DNA of 64,000 nt. Origin: Octopus vulgaris (taxonomy: Eukaryota). The stretch covers positions 50,530,001-50,594,000 of the forward strand of contig OX597820.1 in assembly GCA_951406725.2 (NCBI GenBank). Reading direction: 5' to 3'. Made by a program: the position numbers and the translations under genes. Below, piece after piece: positions 15,150-27,959 of the stretch (position 1 is the stretch's first letter; each line of letters opens with the position of its first letter). Under the pieces are notes generated by a model that was not told where the DNA came from, did not search any database, and worked only from the letters and a program-made list of their open reading frames with translations.

Positions 15150-15320
15150 AGCGAGTTGCCAGAATCGTTAGCACGCCATGCAAAATGCTTAGTGGCTTTT
15201 CGCCTGTCTTTACGTTCTGAATTTAAATTCTGTCGAAATCGACTTTGCGATTCATTGTGCGAGGTCGATAAAATAAATACCAGTTGAATACTGGGGTCGA
15301 TGTGATCGACTTAACCCTCA
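15150..15320 (+). mobile_element. Short tRNA-derived SINE (second family)
   Basis: GCGAGTTGCCAGAATCGTTAGCACGCC...TACGTTCTGAATTTAAATTC...GGTCGATAAAATAAATACCAG...CTGGGGTCGAT; homologous to 24010, 48525, 52140 and 54340. Confidence 0.8.
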
Positions 15321-15330
15321 GGAAAACAAA

Positions 15331-15605
15331 ACATGGTGATCTCTTATAATGATAAACAGTCCATGTCTTTGCGGGTGGAACCCGATTAGAGTTTTCTTCA
15401 GGTCAACTAGCGCATCACACTCAAAGCCTTGCTGAATAAGGGTTATGGTCAAATAACTGAGAAACAAATCTGAGGTATTGAGCAGAATATTGGCTGTAGC
15501 TCATGTTTTACAAGACAAAAGATGTACATGATAAAGCTTCCAATGAGAAACCATGGGAGCCAGATATTGGTATTGCATCAGTGCATACATATTTTATCAG
15601 GGCAT
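15331..15605 (-). mobile_element. Partial copy of unclassified ~550-bp (AAT)n-associated element
   Basis: Shares GAGCAGAATATT.GCTGTAGC.CAT, GTACATGATAA and CAGGGCA with 52888-53446; internally deleted; followed by (ATT)n. Strand is defined relative to the AAT orientation. Confidence 0.75.
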
Positions 15606-15620
15606 ATTTGTTGCATCAGG

Positions 15621-15664
<44 letters not shown>

Positions 15665-15671
15665 GATTGTA

Positions 15672-16027
15672 CTTCAGATCGAGTAGCATATCACGCAAGA
15701 TAGGTCCCTGAATAAGGGTTGTTGGAGGATGTTAAATGAAACACCCATATTTCAAAGGTGAATTAGCAAAACTCCAAATAATCCCTCTCATGGCTATGAT
15801 GCCCCTCCACTCCTTCTGCTCGTGATCAGAGATGGTCATATCGTCAGCTACTATGGGACATGCTCAACTGGTTAAGGTGAAGCAACTGACAAGCAAATCC
15901 GTTGTATTGAACAGAATATTTGCTGTAGCCCATCTTTTATACGAAGACAAAACATGTACATAATAATACTTCCAATCAGTTAAGATCAGAAGCCACGAAA
16001 GCCAGAGCCTGGTACTACATTAGGGCA
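15672..16027 (-). mobile_element. Partial copy of ~550-bp (AAT)n-associated element
   Basis: AGGTCCCTGAATAAGGGTTG...CTGCTCGTGATCAGAGATG...CTTCCAATCAGTTAAGATCAGAAGCC...AGGGCA matches ~53090-53446. Confidence 0.85.
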
Positions 16028-16434
16028 TATATATGTTTGGGGTGGGGATCGTCACAAATCTGCCTCGTGAGTTCTGACTAATTGATAGCTATCGACTAGA
16101 CTACACAAGTACAACTATGTAGACAAAGATCATAGGGTCATCATGAAAATTGTATCTAGATAATTATGCGGATGGTTAGCAGATATCAGTAATATAGTTT
16201 GTCCACAATTCTAATATTTTCGGCTACACAGAACACAAATGTTTTATACGTACAGTCGACCAAGGTACATAGCACACACAAGAAACTATCACTGGAAAGT
16301 AAATGAATCTTTCCCGGTGTAACAAATGTACAGAATCCGAATTGGAGAATTAGTTAAAATGGAGTGGAGAGGAGTAATGCTGGTTAGCCAAGAAAATCTC
16401 TATTAGATTACGGTCTATTACGTTTAGCATTGAA

Positions 16435-16720
16435 AGCACATGGCTCAGTGGTTGGAGCATCGGTCATGCGATCTAGGAATTGTAAGTCCGAATCCCGGAC
16501 CGGGCTGTGTGTTGTTGAGCAAGACACTTTATTTCACGGTTCTCCAGTTTACTCCGCTGTATCGGCCTTGGGCAATAACGGTAGCGTGGAGAGGGATTGG
16601 TATGCACGGGAGACAGCTGATCTTCTGTAAACAACCTTGCCCGGAGTTGTACCTCAGAGGTGAACATTCTATGTGCAATCCCCTGGTCATTCTTGACCGA
16701 AGGTGGTCTTTACCCTTTTA
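16435..16720 (+). mobile_element. tRNA-derived SINE with CORE-like segment (third family)
   Basis: TGGCTCAGTGGTTGGAGCA (A box), AGTCCGAATCCC (B-box-like), then TTGAGCAAGACACTTT; ends TTACCCTTT. Confidence 0.7.
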
Positions 16721-17169
16721 GGTTTAGCAAGGAAGTAATTCTAGATAAGATTTAGGAGTATATAAGCGCTTAGAAAAGTATTGTGACATATGTGCTGCTG
16801 CTAGTTTGAACTTCGGTAGCAATGCCCTGCTGCACAATAAGGATGTCACTCGGTTTAAATGGCTTACATTAGCAAATTTACCGTTATATGACAGACTTGT
16901 TACGGGACCTCTCGGCAGCTGACTACTGCTACTTGTAGTAGAGCAGCAGAATCCATAGTCTTGCGAAAAGAGGTGTTGGTGTTGCGGAAGAAAAGCCGAA
17001 TTCAGAGTTGATTGCAGAACATTAGCACCAGAACTCTGCTGAATACGGAATTGGTGATGTTGGCTAACGTGCTACTAAATATGTTGTTGGTTCTCTTCAA
17101 TATCTTCAATACACAGTTCGGAGAGATACAGGCATGTATAATACCAAACTAACGACAACCTCCGCTTCA

Positions 17170-17460
17170 CGAGGTATGTCATAGAATGGATGGATAATGA
17201 ACCAAACATGGCAGCGGATAGTTCCTATAAAAGTAGTCCCAGTTGATAGAGGAGCCCTAGTTATCCTCGCTAACAAACTTCACAACGACTTTATTGAGAA
17301 TGCATTAATTGAAAAATCTGTTTTATTGGGAAGAACAAGAATTGTAGGAAAGGTCCTCGATATCTCAATAAAGTGGTTGTGACCCAGTAACAAGGACATT
17401 TATTTTGTAATTAAAACATACGTCCACACCATGTAACTATCAAATGTCGAAAAATAATAA
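17170..17460 (+). mobile_element. 3' end fragment of an R4/Dong-type LINE
   Basis: ORF 17197-17382 VVPVDRGAL...IEKSVLLGRTRIVGKVL resembles the REL endonuclease C-terminus; ends in AATAATAA. Confidence 0.7.
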
Positions 17461-17559
17461 TGGTGATGACGATGGTGACGAACGATACCTTATCTCAGTT
17501 TAAAGGGACAGGAGTTTCTGAAGAAAATCTGGTTGTAACAGTGAAAATGAAGCTGAATA

Positions 17560-20500
17560 TTTGAAGGAAGGCCTTTAGTTCGGCAGTGGTTCAGACTGAC
17601 GACAGCTGTTATACGAATGCAGCTTCAGCAGATAATAGAGTAAGGAAGAAGTGGACCAGCGAAAGAAACATGATAGTGATGCAGTGTTATTTAGAAAGTG
17701 AACCTAAATCAAGGGGCTATCGAAAACGGATGTTAACACTTTAGATAGAGAAGAGTATGTTTAAAATCACTGAGCAGACATTAGTAGATGAAGCTAATGC
17801 TATTAGGAAAAGAAAGTGAATGAGAGAATTGGAGGTGGAAGAGATCACAAGAGAACTGGGAAAGAAAGACTAGGGAGTAGGAAAGACAAACAACATCATA
17901 AGACATACAGCTCAAATCAAAGAGGAACCGAAAGAAGAAATAATAATAGCACTACCAATAAGGAAGAGACAATTAGCACCTGTGACTTAAGTGATTTAAG
18001 TGAGGAATATCAGAAAAGTTTAGGTGAGGGGCAGGAAGTAATGAGTAAAGAAGTAAGAAAAAATTGCCAGTATTAAAAAGGCAACAACAGAAGGAAGTTG
18101 CTAGATATGACTTGGAAAGTAGATTCAGTTATCAGTAGGATAGATACCAAAAAATATAGGAGACATTAAATCATTGACCTATGCAGGACGGTAGTAGTCA
18201 CAAGAAGATTAGATATTTCACAGGGAAATACTAAAAAAAGAGCAAATATGGAAAAGTTGGAAAACAAAATAAAGTGAAGACTTTAACACAAGATCTGAGT
18301 TGAACAGAAGCTTGGAAACTGAATAAGTTAGAAAACACAAGATGCAAAGCTTCCTTTGAGAAAATATACTTGGTCAAAGAGAAAGGATTTGCGACAGTAA
18401 TAGAAAAGTTGAAAGAGCGTATTATAGCAGTAAAAGGCAAGTTCTCCAGATATCAGAAAAGAAAAGATCAGTATCAACAGAATAGACTATTTGAGACAAA
18501 CAAGAGGAGATTTAAAACCCAATAAATAGTGGAGAACGAAGTACTGAAGATGAGAAACCTAATGCAAAAGAAGCTAGAAGATTCTGGAATAATATTTAGG
18601 ATAAGGCTGTCAATCATAATGGAGATGCAGTATGGTTAAAGAAAGTGAGGGAAGAACTAGGGAGAGAGAAGCAGCCAGATCTAAGAGTAACTAGTGCGTT
18701 AATGAGGAAAGTGTTAAGGAACATGTGGAATTAGAAGGGCGCAGGACCTTATTTCGTTCAAGGAATCATGGGAACAACTTCAGAATTGCCTTAATGGAGG
18801 AATAATAGGGAGGGAGAACAATACATATTATGAAAGATAAGAGCAAGGGTAGTACAGCTAGCAACTATAAATTAAGCAGTTGCTTAACGCTAGTGTGGAA
18901 ACTGTTAACAGGAATGCTTTCAGAAAGCATTTACGAGCTTCTTGGCTACCAGAATTTGCTGCCGGAACAACAGAAAGGTTGCAGGAAGAAGGCGAGAGAA
19001 AGGTATGGTCTATTGTACATAGACAAAACAGTTCTGAATGAAGTAAAAGCTAGAAGGAAAACTCAAATAACAGCATGGATAGATATAGGAAAGTCTATAA
19101 CATGATCTCACAATCATAGGTAAGTGAATGTTTGAGTATATTCAGTATAACAGACAACATCAGAGAGCTAATTAGATTTAGCATGAAGAAATGGAAAGTA
19201 GATCTGTATTCATGTGGCAAACGCTTAGGGAATGTTTGTATCAAAAGAGAAGTTTTCCGAGGATTTCGTTGATCCTTATAATATTTGTCTTATGTTTGAT
19301 GCCACTCAATTTAGAATTAAGGAAGACAAATGTGGGTATCAGTTCAGAAATAGTAAAGGAAAAAATAGCCATTTGCTCTATATGGATGATCTGAAATATT
19401 TTAAATAAGAATGAAAAATAAATAAATTCGTTAAGCAAACTGTAAAAGTCATCAGCAAATATATAGCAAAGATCCATTGCACATAGACAAGTGTGCAATA
19501 TTAGACACAAGAAAGGGAACATGTAGTCGACAGCGAGGGCATCCAATTAACAGATGGTCTGACCTTAAAATCATTGAAAGGAGGAGAGAGAGTTATAAGT
19601 ATCTATAAGTAATAACTATAGAAATGAAAACGAAAATTGAGAAGGAGTATTAGATTTAGACGGTTGCATTAGGTTTGAGAACGATGAGGAAGCTAATGAA
19701 GTCAAAGCTAAACTATCCGAATCTAGTGAAGACTGTAAATACTTTGGCAGTATCATTACTTAAATACTCAGCAGCTTTTGTAGACTGGACAAAACTGAAC
19801 TATCAAAACTAGACAGAAGAACTACAAAGGAATTCAATATGAATGGAGGACCCCACTCAAGGGGAGGAGTAGCAAGATTATATTTAGTTGAAAAGAAAGT
19901 AGAAGAGGGGTAATATCACTAGAATACTGCATAGAGTTGGATAGAGTAGATATAGAATCCTACGTAGGTAATAGTGATGTAAGATTATTAAAAGCTACTG
20001 GAGCAACAACAAGACATAGGGAACCCGAAAACCCAATGAAGTTGAAAACCAGAAAAAAGAACAGAAATTATCTGACATGAAGGATAAGACGTTGCATGGT
20101 AGATTCCCAAATATAGTCGCAGGAAATAGTAGTAGTGAAATAGTGAGACATGGTTACAGAAAGAAAAACTGAAAAGGAAGACAAAATGTTTGTTAGTATC
20201 AGAAAATAAAGCAATGACGACTAATTCGATAAAAGCCAAGATAGACAAAAACCAAGTAGATTCCCATTATAGACAAATTAAAGAGGAAAGTGTTACTCAT
20301 ATATTAAGTGAATGTAGCATGCTGACACAGAAATTATAGAAGAAAAGGCATGAAAATCTAGGGAGAGTAATCCACTGGGAATTAGGTAGGAAGCTTAGAT
20401 TGGAACATACTGATAAATGGTATGAACATGAACGTAGTAAAGTACAGGAAAGTAAGAAATACAAGATGTTGTAGGACTTTAACATTCCAAATAATAGAGT

Positions 20501-20905
20501 AGTAGAGTCTAGAAGGCTGGATTCAGTAGTAATAGATAAAGAGAATAGAAAATACAAGATAATTGACTTTACAGTCCCGAATAATGAAAAAAAATCAATA
20601 CATGGGGTATAGAAAAAAGTAGCAAAGTACCAGGACCTAGCCATTGAATTAGAGACTATAGAAAGTGTGGGGAAAGTATATCCCAGTAGTAATAGGTGCA
20701 CTGGGGAATATTCCTAAATATTTGAATAGATGGATAGAGGAAACAGGCATAAAACCCAGTTCAGCACAGCTCCAGAAACAGCGCTTTCACAGACAGCTAG
20801 GATTCTTAGAAGGATTGTTGGCATCTAAGATTACTTGTAGCCCGATGTTAGGATGACTTTTCTTTTGCAACAGTCTAATCTGTTGTGTGTTTATGAAAAT
20901 CCTAA
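17560..20905 (+). mobile_element. Near full-length R4/Dong-type LINE (RT plus restriction-like endonuclease), pseudogenised
   Basis: N-terminal KKWTSERN...GYRKRM; RT NYKLSSCLTLVWKLLTG, EQQKGCR, AWID, YMDDLK; HILSEC zinc-knuckle remnant; REL IIDFTVP...KYQDLAIEL...IPVVIGALG. 3' UTR then (AAT/AAC)n at 20903-21032. Many stops and frameshifts. Confidence 0.92.
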
Positions 20906-20987
20906 TAATAATAAAAACAACAACAACAATAATAACATTAATAATATTAATAATAACAATAACAGCAACAACAACAACAACAACAAC

Positions 20988-21032
<45 letters not shown>

Positions 21033-21033
<1 letters not shown>

Positions 21034-22978
21034 GTCAAGACGAAAAGAGCGATTCGATTGTAAGATAATTTATTGGTTGAACGATATTTCAACAGTAAGT
21101 CTGTCTTCGTCAAGTTCAAGACAAGAAGTGCAAAAAATACAAAATCATAAAAATTTGAACGTAAAATATGAACGAGAGCAACCAGCGTCCATGCGTTGAT
21201 GGAATGACATCATCAGTTTTTGAGTTACAATTTATAACAGACGAAAAGAGAAAAACAGAAAAAAAAAACAGAAAAAGAAGACGACAGAAAGATTTCCTCC
21301 AATGCGCCAAATTTGCAGCGGATATGAATTTTGCACGGCCAAAATTTCGGAATAGCTGGATGGCCTTCTACTCCCCTTCGCAAAACGATCAAGTTCCTAT
21401 ATTCAGGATACCTTTGATCTTGTATCTAAAATCAATAACTCTTTTAAACACCGAGGCCGTATCCAGAACTGATTTTGGTAACCATAACTGTTTCTTCCTT
21501 ATATCTCAATATTGAGCACAATGGAGTAGAAGAGTGCATGGATGCCTTCGAAAAGCGGTAAAACAAAAGTATTCCATCAACTTTCTCTTTAGATTATTGA
21601 GGTTTGTGTTAGAAAGATTTTACCACCAGCCGAAGTGTTGCGCCATGGGAACCCTCATGGCAGTTAATTTCGCTAATGTCTTTCATGATGAAATTCGATA
21701 CACGGTTACTGAAGACATTCAATTCCCTTCATAGTCATGAACCAATACGCTGGTTACGGTTCATTGATGACACATGTTTTGTCTGGGAAGGGCCACAAGA
21801 TAGTTTAATGGACTTCTTGCATTCCAGTGACTGTTGTGCTAGAAACTATGGCTTTAAGTCCAACATAAAATTTACGTCTAGTTTTTCAAAAACTAGCGTT
21901 AGATGTTTGGACACAAAAGTTTTCTGGAGGCCGAGTTGTTTTGCAAGCCACGTCATCCCAGATTCATCTCCACCGCCGCTCCGATCATCCACATCCTCTT
22001 ATTCAGTCAAATCCGAAATCCCTATTTTTAAAGATAAAACGGATTTGTACTGATAGGGGATTACTGGAAACATGCAAATACTTTTGTATATCATTATTTC
22101 AAACGCGGTTACAGTGAACCATGATTAAAGAAAATAGCAAATGAAATGGCTATGATTAGCAAAGATAGTCAATCCTTCGGCCATAATTTTAGTAAACACA
22201 ATAAAATAGATGATATAATTCCTTTAGCTGGCACCGACATTTAGCTGGCATTTCAAAAGTGTTGCATGAAAGTTACCAGCATGTGGCGAAAATTATCTTC
22301 GTTTCAAACAGATATTTCTTCAGCCGAATATTGTAGCCTTTAGACGGAATAAGAATATAAGAGAATTATCGACCTCTACATCTGACATAAAGAAAACGAA
22401 CATTGGAGTATCTGCACGTTGTATCTTAAAGAATAGCCGCAAGATAAGTAAGCCTTGTTCCTTGAACAACAAGAGTGAAGTGAATTCCATCAGAAACCCC
22501 ACCATTTGGTGTAAGCCGCAGAATGCACGAAACACAATTTATGTTGGTTGTACAATGGAACAATTAAACAAAAGGTTTAATGGGCACAGATTCTACGCCA
22601 GGCACAATAACAGTAGTTCGATAGAACTTACTGAACATTTCATTTCAGGCGGCTGCAATTTTGAAGAAGACTTGAAAGTGAATATTCTCAGAAAATATTT
22701 TGAATCTGCATCACTTTCACTTCTCAGAATGTATGAGGAGAAATATGTTCGCGGGTTATTAATATGACGCCCTGGAGGAATGAATAAGATGACAGGAGAA
22801 TATCATCAAAGTTATACAAAACTCTTTGGTTAAATATTCTTCTTTCTCTTTTTTTTTTCATTCTTCTTTTTTTTTCTGTTGAAATGTCGTTCAACTAATA
22901 AAATATCTTACAATCGAATTGCACTCTTCGACTTGACTATTTACATTTGTGAAGAGTTACGTCAATCCTTTTTAAAAT
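21033..22978 (+). mobile_element. Penelope-like element (RT plus GIY-YIG) with inverted pLTRs
   Basis: CAMGTLMAVNFAN, WLRFIDDTCFVW (ORF 21676-22053), NTIYVGCT...KRFNGHR...YEEKY (ORF 22462-22767). 63-bp inverted repeats at 21033-21095 and 22876-22938. Confidence 0.9.
21077..21119 (-). ncRNA. Minimal type I hammerhead ribozyme motif in inverted PLE pLTR
   Basis: Minus strand: TTGAAC-TTGACGAA-GACAG-ACTTA-CTGTT-GAAA-TATC-GTTCAA. 6-bp helix I, 5-bp helix II, AUC triplet. Core position 3 is U facing G8, so activity is uncertain. Confidence 0.65.
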
Positions 22979-22979
22979 A

Positions 22980-23022
22980 TAATGATAATGACGATGATGA
23001 TGATGAAGATGACGATGATGAA

Positions 23023-23058
<36 letters not shown>

Positions 23059-23059
23059 A

Positions 23060-23095
<36 letters not shown>

Positions 23096-23210
23096 TTGAT
23101 GATAATGATAAGGATGAAGATGATGATGATGAAGAGGATAATGATGATGATGATGATGATGATGATGATAATGATGATGATGATGGTGATGATGATGATG
23201 ATGATGATAA
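22980..23210. repeat. (GAT)n microsatellite
   Basis: Direct inspection. Confidence 0.95.
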
Positions 23211-23211
23211 A

Positions 23212-23759
23212 GGCTCTGATCCAGTACTAGGCAGTGACTCTCATAGCTTCTGATCTTAACAGATTGGAAGTGTTATCATGTACATTGTTTTGTCTTGGTA
23301 TAAAAGATGGGTTACAGCAAATATACTGCTCAGTACCACAGATTTACTTGTCAGTCGTCTGATCTTAACCAGTTGAGCATGTCCCTTACTGGCTGACGAT
23401 ATGTGTATCGCAGATAACGAGAAGTATTGGTGGAGCATAATAGCCATGTGCTGAGATGAATTCTTTGGGGATAGAATAATTCATCTCTATAAATATGGAG
23501 GGTTTGTTAACATCCTTAATACAGCCCTTATTGAGGGACTTTTGAGCGAGAAGGGCTAATCAACATAAAGAAAATTGTAACTTGTCCCCGCCTGCAAATT
23601 CATGTGTTGTTAATCTTGATATGAGATTACTGTGTCGCGCACATATAGTTGTGTTGCATGTGCCTGGCGTACCCTTATGAGACGCGTAGTCATGATTGGT
23701 ATACTGGGCTTCGTATATTTATATGTCACTTTCATGGCATGCACTGTTCTCTCACTCAG
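23212..23759 (+). mobile_element. ~550-bp (AAT)n-associated element
   Basis: Reverse complement of 52888-53446; flanked by (GAT)n and (ACT)n/(AAT)n. Confidence 0.85.
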
Positions 23760-24012
<253 letters not shown>

Positions 24013-24207
24013 CCTTTCTAATATGGTTGCAAGTCTGGAAATTTGGGGGATTATATCGACCCCAATACTTAATTATTTCGTATTTTGCAGACCCCGAAAT
24101 AATGTGAGGTGAATTCGAACTGGGCGGAATTTGAACTCACCACGTAGCGACGGGTGAAATGCTGCTAAAGGTTTCGTCCGACACGCTAACGCTTCTGCCA
24201 GCTCGCC
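24013..24207 (-). mobile_element. Short tRNA-derived SINE (second family)
   Basis: Ends CGCTAACGCTTCTGCCAGCTCGCC (reverse complement of the head); contains GGCGGAATTTGAACTC. Confidence 0.8.
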
Positions 24208-25128
24208 GTTTTCATAATAATGCCGATGTTGACAAAGCCCTTACCCATCAATCAGAAACAGAATGGTTTCTCATAGCAGTCCTTTCTCTTTCTTTTCTTG
24301 TCTTTTTCCGACAACATGGTCGCGCACAAAATCGGCAGTGTAAAAGTATGTGGCCTGGGGTCACTTTGGAAGCAGAGTCACCTGCTCAACGACCACAGGG
24401 AAAGGGACTGAAAACAAGCACTTTTCTCTTTGACCTATCCCTGAGGAATTTCTTCTAGTTTTACTTGAAAAGGAAAATAAAGGTAGAGAGGGAAGTGCTC
24501 TCTTCTAGTCAGTTCGCCGAAAGGTGATTGAAAGTAGCGAGAATGGTACGAGTGAACGGGCCTGCCCTGAGCATATGCCCGTAAGTAGAAAGAGGAAGGG
24601 AAACGAAAAGAAAAAAAAAAAAGAAAAAGAAAAGGTACCTGCCCCACAAGTCAGGGTACCCAAGGTTTTTTTTTGTTTTCTATGATTAGCCCTTAGACGT
24701 CTCTTCCCTATTGAGGATTACATTGTGGATCTGCGATTTTTATTATATTAGACTTGTTTGCACGCAAAACACTAATAGACACACTCACACACATACGTTA
24801 TTCTTGCTTCGTCCTTTGCTGTCCATAATATTTTCCTTCATGTAAATACTTGTGGGTAATTAAGAAATCATTATTATTATTATTAAATGAAATCTCACAG
24901 CTTATTTTCGTGTGTATGATGGAAAGTATCAGCTGTCAACAGCCAGCAGACTAAGGTGGCATTTGTTTACTGCTCATGTTTCAAGGACCCTGCGGATAAT
25001 TCTTGCAGTTCCAAGCAATGCTGATTTTTTTAGGTGTGCTACCTTCACACTTGACTGATATTATTATCATTATTATTATTATCATCATCATCATCATTAT
25101 TATTATTATTATTAATATTATTATTATT

Positions 25129-25160
<32 letters not shown>

Positions 25161-25325
25161 TACATTTATTATTATTATTATTATTTTTATCATCACCATT
25201 ACCATCACTATCATCATTATCACCGCCATTACCATCAACATTATCATCATCACTATCACCATCACCACCATCATCATCAATGATATTGTTTTATGTGTAG
25301 TCACAGCAGTATCTTATTATTGTTA

Positions 25326-27780
25326 TTTTTTTTTATTTTTTTATTTCATTTATAAGCCACTTGGGCCGACATATAAGGGACAATACAGTAGACGAGGACA
25401 GTAAATAGTTAAGAAAACAATAATACTAAATATTAAACAAGAGAAAGATATCAATGCGATTTCCCCAATAGTGGAGATGACCACCCAGGGTTGGATCAGG
25501 CACCGCAGCAGTCGGGTGTACTCGGGAAGGGTACACTCTCCTTCTCAAATTCAACAGCCTACAGAGGAAATATTAGAGTAATAATGGGGTATTTTTACTA
25601 CATTCAACCACCTTTCAGTAAATGTACTAGGTGGCATCACTTCTCTCTCCACCCTCATCATCCTTTCCAAGGGAAATTTGAAAAGGATAATGAGGGATTG
25701 GCTGAAGAGAAAGATGTCTGTCTTCAGTTCTTTGAACCTGGTCCACTATACAACCTCTATACAACCAGACATATGAAAATCGCCTGCCTTTCCTGGCCAA
25801 AGGCAAGTGGCTGGTTAGTATTAACCCTGAACTTGGCCGCTAGTCGGATCCGTCCTATATGCAACAACCTTTCGACTTAAATGCAAAAGTCAGTAATGTA
25901 TGAACACTGGGCGATTGCGTGCAGAACGGTTTCGTCGCTCTGCGCTCATCCTGGACAGGTCCGTCTGACAGTACTTATGTGCCTGTAGATTTTATGTCGA
26001 ACCAGCAGTGACCTTCGCAAGCTCTACCAAGCGAGGTATCTCTGCAAGTAATCCATCGTCCCAGGATCAAAATTTCTCCGGAACTTATTGGTCATTTCGA
26101 CTTTGTTAACATCCAGGTCCGCTCCGAGTGCGTCATCACATTTTCCTCTACTAGCCTTTATAGAATTCAAGAGTGGATGTTTCACCGCCCGGTTTTCCCA
26201 CCAGGTAGATGTTTATGATTGCTTGGCAACATTGCAGACACCAGTCACCCTCACCCTGTCTGGGTCTCTTCTTGACCTAGGACTACAGCTCAATCAAGAA
26301 CATGCGATATGGAAAGGGTTGTTTCACAAATGGCATTTATATCTGTTCACCGTTTAGTCAGAATATCTGGAGATGCATGCCACTGCCTCAGGGCATATCT
26401 ACCTATCATTAACCATGTCATTCCCAGCCCTCCACGCAGAGGGTGATGGCAGTAGATGGACCAACCTAGAAACGAAAATTGTTCCCTCCACAAGAATTTG
26501 AAGAGGAGGCGATCCAACTCGGCGAGACGCAAACGGAAAAAAATAAAGACAGTCAAGTGTTAGTAGATGACGGGCGCGATGTATTCATTCGACGCTACTA
26601 TCCAACCTTTCAGTGACAGCTTCCTCGTAGCCCATTTCTGGGTGAGACTGGCTACAGTGATTGTTACCTCGCAGCAATTATGATCCACCTGGAGGTCTTT
26701 CCGTATTAGTGTCACTACGCCCCAACTCACTAAATTGGAAATAATCCCATTCCCAGTTGCAGTACAGCTTTTCTAGGAGATCGGCGAATAAGTCTGGCAC
26801 ATTTACGTAATCGTCCTACAGAAGACCATCCAAACCAGGTGACTTGCGCCTGGTGCAGCCGACAAGACATACTGAAAGCTGGATGAATCTATCTGCCTTT
26901 AAAAGCACTCACCGTCGGCCGTTGAGAGATACGGCGAGCCGCTGACGTAGGGACTGGAATCCATTACCGTCTCTGACCCGCCACTCTCCAAGAACAGCTG
27001 AGTAAACTGCTAGTGGAAGGCCTCATGCATCTGCCTGGAATTGCTCAGATCATGTCAGTCTTGTTTGGTCAAATACCGAATTGTGGTCTTGCTGCCATGC
27101 CACGCCTCTCACGCGAGACCATCGAATAGCTTAGGTCTCCTCGTTTCTCAGAGCATGTGACTTAGCTCTGGCAATGCACCCTTATAGTATCACATTAAAG
27201 AAATTGTATGCCATTCTCGCTGCTAGCACGTCGGTTGCAATGTCACCACAAGGACTCTCGTCTAACTTACCTTCTAGCTTCCCCTACTTTCTATTTTTAC
27301 TAAGGCTACTTTTTTGCAAAACCCAATCTATATTGCTCAAATCTCTCTTTGAGGTCTCATCATCACCTGTTGTTGACGATTCTACCTGTCAACTTTTGCT
27401 TAACTAACTTGTTGACCCGGTCCCTGTACACCTTACATGTCGGAAACAACATGTCCAGCTTTCAGTATCCGAGTTCCAATCTATGCGTGATATCTAGGTC
27501 GACCGTACTCATTACAATATTGTGATCTGAGTAGTCGACAGTTTTAAAAAGTGGATATCCTACAGATTTACCGTCTATTTTCCTAGTGAAAATCCTCTCT
27601 ATATGCGATCTAGATATCCTTATGCCGTTGGTCCAGGGCCACACTGGCGCATTAGGGAAATCTTTGCGTTAATTGTCATAGAGCTGGAACTGACTGATCA
27701 TGTGCTTGAGGCTTTTGCACACCCTGCTTGTATCAGCTACTCCCACACAATTCCGGTGTGCATCTAAGATCCTTAAAGAA
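25326..27780 (-). mobile_element. L1/Tx1-like LINE with RT core deleted
   Basis: ORF 27462-27644 WPWTNG...SRSHIERIF...YSDH (APE endonuclease); KSPGLDGL; ORF 26347-26556 LFKFLW...GGLGM. 3' coding end homologous to 10985-11100. A-rich tail at ~25326-25350. Confidence 0.85.
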
Positions 27781-27794
27781 CTGAAAAGTTGGAT

Positions 27795-27959
27795 AGGGGA
27801 TAAAACCCAGTTTAGAAGAGCACGAGAAACAGTGTTATTAGGGACAACTAGTATACTAGGGAGAGTTCTTGGCATCTAAGGTTACTTGTTGTAGCCCGAT
27901 GTCTGGATTTTTGTCTGTTCCAACAGTCTTATCTGTGGTGTATATAAGAAAATAATAAT
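27795..27959 (+). mobile_element. Short 3' end of R4/Dong-type LINE (same family as 17560-20905)
   Basis: ATAAAACCCAGTT...GGCATCTAAGGTTACTTG..GTAGCCCGATG...CAACAGTC matches ~20750-20900; ends AATAATAAT. Confidence 0.85.

Noticed and set aside
16435-16510. tRNA gene
   Set aside because: A/B boxes run into a SINE body and no complete cloverleaf forms.
21033-22938. Interpreting the 63-bp inverted repeats as DNA-transposon TIRs
   Set aside because: The interior encodes RT and GIY-YIG remnants and the repeat overlaps a hammerhead motif, which fits inverted pLTRs.
22879-23253. Poly-Asp/poly-Met ORFs, and similar YI, HT, II and poly-His ORFs elsewhere
   Set aside because: Translations of microsatellites.
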